NCBI GenBank assembly: GCA_033762915.1
Contig: JANRLD010000029.1
Span: 1-64,000 of the forward strand
Direction: 5' to 3'
DNA: 64,000 nucleotides
Source: Meiothermus sp.
GTDB lineage: Bacteria; Deinococcota; Deinococci; Deinococcales; Thermaceae
Shown here: positions 58,341 to 64,000 of the stretch, in pieces
Numbering within the stretch: position 1 is the stretch's first letter
How the letters are laid out: each line of letters begins with the position of its first letter
Translations under genes and position numbers: made by a program
Notes under the pieces: model-generated
Told to the model about the DNA's origin: nothing
Database searches by the model: none
The model's input: only the letters and a program-made list of their open reading frames with translations

Positions 58341-60008
58341 CTATAACTCTGCCACCCAGGCCACCTGGTAGGGCTCGAGCCTACCTCCAAACGCCTTTGA
58401 GGTGATCAAGTCCATTCCACGAATGCTCGAGGTTTGTTGGGTATGGGTAACGTTGATCAGGCAGTGAACCTTGCCCACATCACCACGCACGATGTGCAGC
58501 ACTTCCTTGGAAGGCTTTATCTCCTGGGGTGCGTTGGGGTGAAAGGCGGGGTGCGAGGCACGTGTCCTCATCAGGTGGGCATAGCGGGCAAGGACTTTCG
58601 AGGCCCTCGAGTTCTGGTCCTGGAGCAAACCCACCAACTCTTCTTGCCTGAACTTGTGCCGATTAAGGCGGCGGTTTATGCCACTCTCCGCCAGGCCCTG
58701 GTGATCCGAGGACGAGCCAAGGATGCTGTGGAAGTAGACTCCGGGGACGCCCTGCAAGCTAAGCAGTACCGCGTTAGCGGCCATAAAACGGTCTATCTTT
58801 AGGTCTTCCGGCTCGCCGGAGTTGGGGCCGCTGAGCGCGTCGAAGAGCGTGATGCACAGCTCATAGGGCACCGGGCCGGAGGGGGTGTCCTTGTAGTTGA
58901 CCTTGCCGCCGTGGTCGAGGGACTGCTGTACAATCGACCCAATTTCTTCGGGCTCGAGAATCCCATTGGCCGGAACCACGCCAATCCCGTCGTGCGAGGC
59001 CAAAAAGTTGAAAAAGGTGGTTTGCGGGGTGGGGGGCTTTAGACTGGCCGCCCAGGCGGAGATCTTTCCGGCGTCGCCCGTGCGGAAGGTGTGAAGGGTC
59101 AGGGGCGGAAGCGGGAACTGATAGACCATCTGGGCCTCATCGAGCCCGTTGCCAAAGTAGGCGATGTTGTCGCGGTGCGGGACATTGGTCTCGGTGATCA
59201 GGAGGACATGCGGGGCAGCCGCGTCGAGCGCCAGCCGCATCAACTTTACGATGCGGTGTGCACCCTCGAGGTGCATGCAGCTGGTACCGATCACCTTCCA
59301 GATGAACCCCACCGCGTCCAGTCGGATGAGTTGTGCTCCATTCTCGACGTAGAACAGGAGGGCGTCCAGCACCTCCAGGAGCACGTCCGGGTTGGCGAAG
59401 TTGAGGTCGATCTGGTCGTCGGAGAAGGTTGTCCAGACCAGCTTCTCACCGCTGGGCGTCTCGAACGGCGTGAGTAGTGGCAGGGTGCGGGGTCGAAAGA
59501 CTTGGGAGAGGTCGGTTCCCGGCGCAACCACGGTGAAGTAGTCCATGTAGTCCGGGTGATCGCGCAGAAAGTTTTGGAACCAGGGACTCGAGGCCGAGAC
59601 GTGGTTGCAGACCAGATCGGCCATCAGTCGAAAGTCGCCGGCGATGGCCTGGACATCCGCCCAGTCACCCCACTCCGGCTTTACCCGCTGAAAGTCCACC
59701 ACACTGAAGCCGTCGTCGGAGGTGTAGGGGTAGAAGGGAAGGATATGCACACCCGAGAACACACCTTTCAAGCGCTCTCTAGCGAAGCGGTGCAGGGTTT
59801 GCAGAGGCACTTCGTCGGGCGCAGAAATCTGGTCGCCATAGGTGATGAGCATCGCGTCCTTCTCGCTCCACCCGACGCCATAGCGCAGGAGAGTGTGGCG
59901 AGAGAGTAGCTGCTCGAGTCGCACCAGGGTCTGGGCTGCCCGGGGGCCGTATAGAAATTCCAAGTGACTCTTAATTTGACTCCGGATGCTTTCGGTGAGG
60001 GTCGTCAT
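58341..60008 (-). CDS. GH13_18 sugar phosphorylase (glucosylglycerate phosphorylase / YcjM-like)
   Basis: LITYGD, HILPFYPYTSDDGF, WTTFSDDQIDLN, RLDAV, ITETN, FLASHDGIG. Confidence 0.9.
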   Translation of the reverse strand: MTTLTESIRSQIKSHLEFLYGPRAAQTLVRLEQLLSRHTLLRYGVGWSEKDAMLITYGDQISAPDEVPLQTLHRFARERLKGVFSGVHILPFYPYTSDDGFSVVDFQRVKPEWGDWADVQAIAGDFRLMADLVCNHVSASSPWFQNFLRDHPDYMDYFTVVAPGTDLSQVFRPRTLPLLTPFETPSGEKLVWTTFSDDQIDLNFANPDVLLEVLDALLFYVENGAQLIRLDAVGFIWKVIGTSCMHLEGAHRIVKLMRLALDAAAPHVLLITETNVPHRDNIAYFGNGLDEAQMVYQFPLPPLTLHTFRTGDAGKISAWAASLKPPTPQTTFFNFLASHDGIGVVPANGILEPEEIGSIVQQSLDHGGKVNYKDTPSGPVPYELCITLFDALSGPNSGEPEDLKIDRFMAANAVLLSLQGVPGVYFHSILGSSSDHQGLAESGINRRLNRHKFRQEELVGLLQDQNSRASKVLARYAHLMRTRASHPAFHPNAPQEIKPSKEVLHIVRGDVGKVHCLINVTHTQQTSSIRGMDLITSKAFGGRLEPYQVAWVAEL

Positions 60009-60810
60009 AGGCTGAGTTGAGGGCGCTGCGGAGGTGGCGAACAGAGGCCGGAAGTGTGACTGCGGGATCGCCGCTCAGGCGGCACTCGAGGGCCATCCAG
60101 CCCGGGTAGCCGATCTCAAGGAGTGCGGCGAAGGCTGCGTTAAAGTCGGTGTGACCCGCGCCGGGCTCGAGGCGGTTGGAGTCGGCCAGATGGACGTGGG
60201 CGATTAACCCGCTCTGCCGCTGGATCGAAGCGGGAATCTGGGCCTCCTCGATGTTCATGTGGTAAAGGTCGGCCATGACCTTCACGGAAGGTAGGCCGAC
60301 CGCCTTGCAGTAGTCGGCGGCGGTCTGGAGGGTGTTGATCATGTGGTCTTCGTAGCGGTTGAGGGGTTCCAGCAGAACGATTGCACCGGTCCTGAGGGCC
60401 TGCTCGCCCATCTCACCCAGGGCTTCAGTCAGCACCTCCCGGTCATCTGCCTCGCTGCGCGGCGGGACGTGCGGCGGCAACCGCCTGGAAAAGATACCCC
60501 AGGCGGCGGGCGTCACCACCCCTGCCGCGCCCAGCTCGGGGGCGACTTCCAGCAAGAACTTCATTCGCTCCACAGCGATCTGCCGTCTGGCGGGGTCGAA
60601 GTCACCGATGAACGGCCCTCCCGCCAGGCATACGGATGAGATCGCCACGCCCGAGCGTCTGGCCTCTATCAGCTCACCCCGCCGGGCACGGAACTCCTCG
60701 AGGCTGCCCGCCTGCAGCTCGATGCCCTCGAACCCGCACCGCCGAGCAAAGTTCCATTTCTCGAGCAGCCCCTCCCCCACCAGCAGCCCTTCTTGACACG
60801 CCAGTTTCAC
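59971..60810 (-). CDS. sugar-phosphate isomerase/epimerase (YcjR-like TIM barrel)
   Basis: EPLNRYE, DLYHMNIEE, HVHLADSNR, ALEC. Confidence 0.9.
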   Translation of the reverse strand: MKLACQEGLLVGEGLLEKWNFARRCGFEGIELQAGSLEEFRARRGELIEARRSGVAISSVCLAGGPFIGDFDPARRQIAVERMKFLLEVAPELGAAGVVTPAAWGIFSRRLPPHVPPRSEADDREVLTEALGEMGEQALRTGAIVLLEPLNRYEDHMINTLQTAADYCKAVGLPSVKVMADLYHMNIEEAQIPASIQRQSGLIAHVHLADSNRLEPGAGHTDFNAAFAALLEIGYPGWMALECRLSGDPAVTLPASVRHLRSALNSAYDDPHRKHPESN

Positions 60811-60888
60811 ACCACACCCCAATCTAATCTTGCCGCCCGGGAGCAGTCCGGCCCGCCCCTTTTTTCGGGCCGACATTCCAGACCCGAT

Positions 60889-61923
60889 TCATCCTACCGC
60901 CCGAAAGTCCAGCACCACCTGCAGCGCCTCGGCGGGTCTGTGGTCCAGTAGATCGAACCCTTGGGCTGCCTCGGCCGCCGGGAGCTCGTGGGAGATCAGC
61001 GGCAGCAGCTCGAGTCTGCCTTGAGCAGCCAGGCCCGTCAAGGTCTGCTCGAGCCTCAGCCGATCCCACCGGTGGTCGAGGTCGGGGCTCACGCCCGAGG
61101 TCTGGGAGCAGACCAGCTGAAGGCGGTTGTGGTGAAACTCCTCGCCCAAACGCAGCCCGGTCCCGTCGCCCTGGAAGAACCCGCCCACCACAACCTTTGA
61201 GTTGTACGCAGTGGCCCGGATGGCGGACTGAAGTGCCGGGTAAGACCCCGCGACCTCGAGGCTCACGTCCGCCCCGCGCCCGGTCAGGTTCTTGATTTCT
61301 TCCGCAGCGTCTGCCGCGCGAAAGTCCAGCACCTCCAGGCCCAGGCTTTGGGCAGCCCGGAGGCGCTTATCCACCCCGTCCACCGCAATCACCCGCCCGC
61401 CATTGAGCCGCGCCATCTGCGCCGCCAGGAGTCCCACCACCCCCAGCCCAAACACCGCAACAGTGTCCCCCAGCCGGATTTCGGCGTCGTGGACAATGTT
61501 GAGCGCAATGGCCCCGACCCGCGCGAAGACGCCAAGCCTGGGATCGCCGCTGAAGCCTCGAGGCCGCACGGCCTCCAGCGGCAAGACCACCTCAGAGCGG
61601 TGGCCCCAGGAGCCCCATACCAGCTGCCCGACCTCGAGGCCCCCCACCCCCGGGCCAAGCTCGACAACCTGCCCCGACTGCTCGTACCCAAGACCCTCCA
61701 GCGGGTACGTCAGCCCCGCCCGGTCGGCCACGAACAGCCGCCGCTCGACGTCCCAGCGCTTCTCGAGGTAGGGGTTGGTCCCGCGGTACTGCGTCATCTC
61801 GGTTCCAGCAGAGATGCCCGAGTAGAGCGTCCTGACCTGAACCTCCTGCGCGCCGGGCGGGGGCAGCGGGCGCTCGACAAACTCGAGCCGCCTCGGCGCA
61901 GCGAAGCTCAGTACCTTGCTCAC
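60889..61923 (-). CDS. MDR-family dehydrogenase (YcjQ-like)
   Basis: SGISAGTE, GLGVVG, EFHHNR. Confidence 0.9.
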   Translation of the reverse strand: MSKVLSFAAPRRLEFVERPLPPPGAQEVQVRTLYSGISAGTEMTQYRGTNPYLEKRWDVERRLFVADRAGLTYPLEGLGYEQSGQVVELGPGVGGLEVGQLVWGSWGHRSEVVLPLEAVRPRGFSGDPRLGVFARVGAIALNIVHDAEIRLGDTVAVFGLGVVGLLAAQMARLNGGRVIAVDGVDKRLRAAQSLGLEVLDFRAADAAEEIKNLTGRGADVSLEVAGSYPALQSAIRATAYNSKVVVGGFFQGDGTGLRLGEEFHHNRLQLVCSQTSGVSPDLDHRWDRLRLEQTLTGLAAQGRLELLPLISHELPAAEAAQGFDLLDHRPAEALQVVLDFRAVG

Positions 61924-63182
61924 GGCTTGGCCCAGTGCAAAATCATCGCCGCCGTCCAGGAGAAGTGACCGCCGCCGAGTCCCTCGGCGGTTGTAGGGTC
62001 GAAGTACTCAGCGAAGCTCGAGCGCCGGATCAACTCGAGGGTGTCGAGTCGGATGCGCTCGGCCAAGTCGGTGTGGCCATAGTCCTTAAGCCCTGTGGCG
62101 ATTAGATAGTTCACCACCGGCCAGACCGGCCCGCGCCAGTAGCGCCGCGACTCGAAGGCCGGGCTGCCGGGGTCGGTGCTGGGCACCAGGTAGCGGACTT
62201 GTTCGGCCCAGGTCTCGAGGGTCTGGACCAGGCGTTCGGCCCGCGCCCGGTCGGGTGTACCCGCAAAAAGCGGCAAAAATGCGCCAGAGATCCCCACCCG
62301 AATCGGCTCGTCCGCCACACAGTCGCGTCCGTAGTAGAGGCCGGCAGTCTCGTCCCACAGCTCTTCGATGCCTGCGCGGCTGCGCTCGAGCCAGCCCCCG
62401 ATCTCTAGCGCATCTCCAAACCCGAGTCGCTCGGACAGCCAGAGCAGGTCGCGGTTGGCCCGGTGCAGCACTGAGTTGATGCCCATATCCTCGACCCGGA
62501 AGGAGCACTCCGCGTACAGTCGCAGTTGGTCGAAGCCGACCGACTTGTACTCCTCCAGCAGAGATAAGTAGCGGTCATACTCGGCCTGGCGGGGGCGCTG
62601 ACTGGCGTCGACATGGTTGGTGTCGCGCCGGACGTACGGCTTTAGGTTGGGGTTAACCGGCACCCTCCCCAGGGCCTTATCCCAGGCCGCGCTGTTGTCG
62701 GCCCCGGTCTCCCAAGGGTGGAAGGTGCTGACCCTACCGGTATTGTGGGGGTCGCGTTCGCGCTTAAACCAGCGGTGATAGGCCAGCAGCTTCGGGTATA
62801 TCGACCTCGCTTTGTCCTCTGCCAGGGCACGGTCGCGGGCCTGCTCGAGCATCACCCGGACGCACCACGCGATCACCGGCGGCTGGGTGACCGCCGAACT
62901 TGCGGGCTGGTGCGGAGCGCCCCAAACGTCGGGACCTGGAAAGTAGGTCGGCTCGTGCCGGTGAAAGATGATGTGCGGGAGCATGCCGTTGGGCCACTGC
63001 CCACCGAATACATACTCCAGCTCCTGCCAGGCCCTGGCCTCATCAAACTCCATCCACCCGAGCGCCGTAAACCCCGCGTCCCAAAGCCACTGAAACGGGT
63101 ACAGCCGGTTGGTAGGGATGGTGAAACCACCCCGGTCGTTGTCGCGCAGAATCTGTTGGGCTTGGGCAGTTAGGGGGTTCAA
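61920..63182 (-). CDS. GH63-like glycoside hydrolase (mannosyl/glucosylglycerate hydrolase type)
   Basis: LYPFQWLWD, TQPP, HPWETGADNS, YWRGPVW, FSWTAA; TTG start after AAGGAG. Confidence 0.88.
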   Translation of the reverse strand: MNPLTAQAQQILRDNDRGGFTIPTNRLYPFQWLWDAGFTALGWMEFDEARAWQELEYVFGGQWPNGMLPHIIFHRHEPTYFPGPDVWGAPHQPASSAVTQPPVIAWCVRVMLEQARDRALAEDKARSIYPKLLAYHRWFKRERDPHNTGRVSTFHPWETGADNSAAWDKALGRVPVNPNLKPYVRRDTNHVDASQRPRQAEYDRYLSLLEEYKSVGFDQLRLYAECSFRVEDMGINSVLHRANRDLLWLSERLGFGDALEIGGWLERSRAGIEELWDETAGLYYGRDCVADEPIRVGISGAFLPLFAGTPDRARAERLVQTLETWAEQVRYLVPSTDPGSPAFESRRYWRGPVWPVVNYLIATGLKDYGHTDLAERIRLDTLELIRRSSFAEYFDPTTAEGLGGGHFSWTAAMILHWAKP

Positions 63183-63616
63183 ACGTCTGCTCCTTTGCGG
63201 ATAAAGTTGGTGGGTGACCGGTGGGGCCAGCTCTCGAGCCGAGATTACAACAGATTTCGACCGATGCGCTGCAAAGACCCTGGGGCTGAAATCCGTTCCC
63301 CACCATGTTTTCGGGGTACGGTATCGCGGGAATCGGGTGGCGATCCGCTGTGTCTGGCAGCCGAAGGGCAGCGCGGCCGCTCTTCCACCCAAGCCGGAAC
63401 GCGCTTGCTGGGCACCACCGGCAAGCTCTTTACCGGTCGTCCCAGCCGCAGGGCAGGGGCTTGCGCATCCTGCTCGGGCGACCTGGCAACCCAGGGGCGG
63501 AGGCAGTTGGCAACCCACAGACCGGGTGACCCTGGCGCAGCAAAGCCTGGCCAGATGGTGCCGGCCCTATACAACGAGTGATCCATGCTCACCGCCCTCT
63601 GCCCCTGGCAATCGGC

Positions 63617-64000
63617 TCAGGTCCTCACCAAACCCTGCCCCTGCGTGACCTCGAGCCACCTGACCCGTGCTGGGTTGGGCTTGAGCCAGACCGTGGCGCC
63701 GGGGCGGGTGAGCAGTTCGGTGTGGGCGGTAGCCTTGATAATCTGCTGGCCCAACAGCACCGTCAGGAGCAGGTGCGGCCCCAGGTGTTCGAAGACCTGC
63801 ACCGTGGCCTGAAAGCTGCCGGGGATGGGCTCGGAGCTGACCTCGAGGTCTTCGGGACGCACGCCCATCAGCACCTCCTTGTCCTGACCTGAAACGCCCA
63901 CCACTGGGTAGGCGACCTCGCCCACCTGGGCCTGGGTGCCCTCGAGCTTGGCCCGAATGAAGTTCATCGGCGGGTTTCCGATAAACCCACCCACAAAGGT
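63617..64000 (-). CDS. sugar ABC ATPase (MalK-like), C-terminal part
   Basis: FVGGFIGNPPMNF, GVRPEDL, EHLG; 5' end outside window. Confidence 0.9.
   Translation of the reverse strand, partial: TFVGGFIGNPPMNFIRAKLEGTQAQVGEVAYPVVGVSGQDKEVLMGVRPEDLEVSSEPIPGSFQATVQVFEHLGPHLLLTVLLGQQIIKATAHTELLTRPGATVWLKPNPARVRWLEVTQGQGLVRT

Noticed and set aside
63245..63592. 115-aa ORF between the GH63 gene and the ABC ATPase
   Set aside because: No motif and atypical composition; cannot support it as a gene.

Overview
High-GC bacterial chromosomal segment. Pol I, L31 and leaderless-gene signatures point to Thermaceae (Meiothermus/Calidithermus-like; inference), and the palindrome CTCGAG is strongly over-represented. 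Bases 1537-18565 are an apparently intact ~17-kb element integrated in tRNA-Met and bounded by 45-bp att repeats. It has a tyrosine integrase, arm-type sites, an HTH repressor with mirror-image promoters, Xis, an AAA_25 helicase with an internal iteron cluster, a small terminase-like gene, and defence-like cargo (HEPN protein, MTase-Mrr fusion). Unusually, it also encodes a 1779-aa tape-measure protein but no recognisable capsid, portal, large terminase or tail-tube gene, so it is a candidate tape-measure-carrying phage satellite. The rest is mostly core genes (amidase, ZnuA/Fur, peptide ABC, ackA, recQ, polA, galK, ispE, scpA, trpS, HtrA-like, tRNA-Leu, aroH, rpmE, gatA, XdhC, a ycj-like glycoside cluster). 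One exception is a solitary integron gene cassette (cbrC-like gene + attC) inserted at a GAT secondary site between ispE and galK. All calls were made by eye from motifs; no database searches were run.
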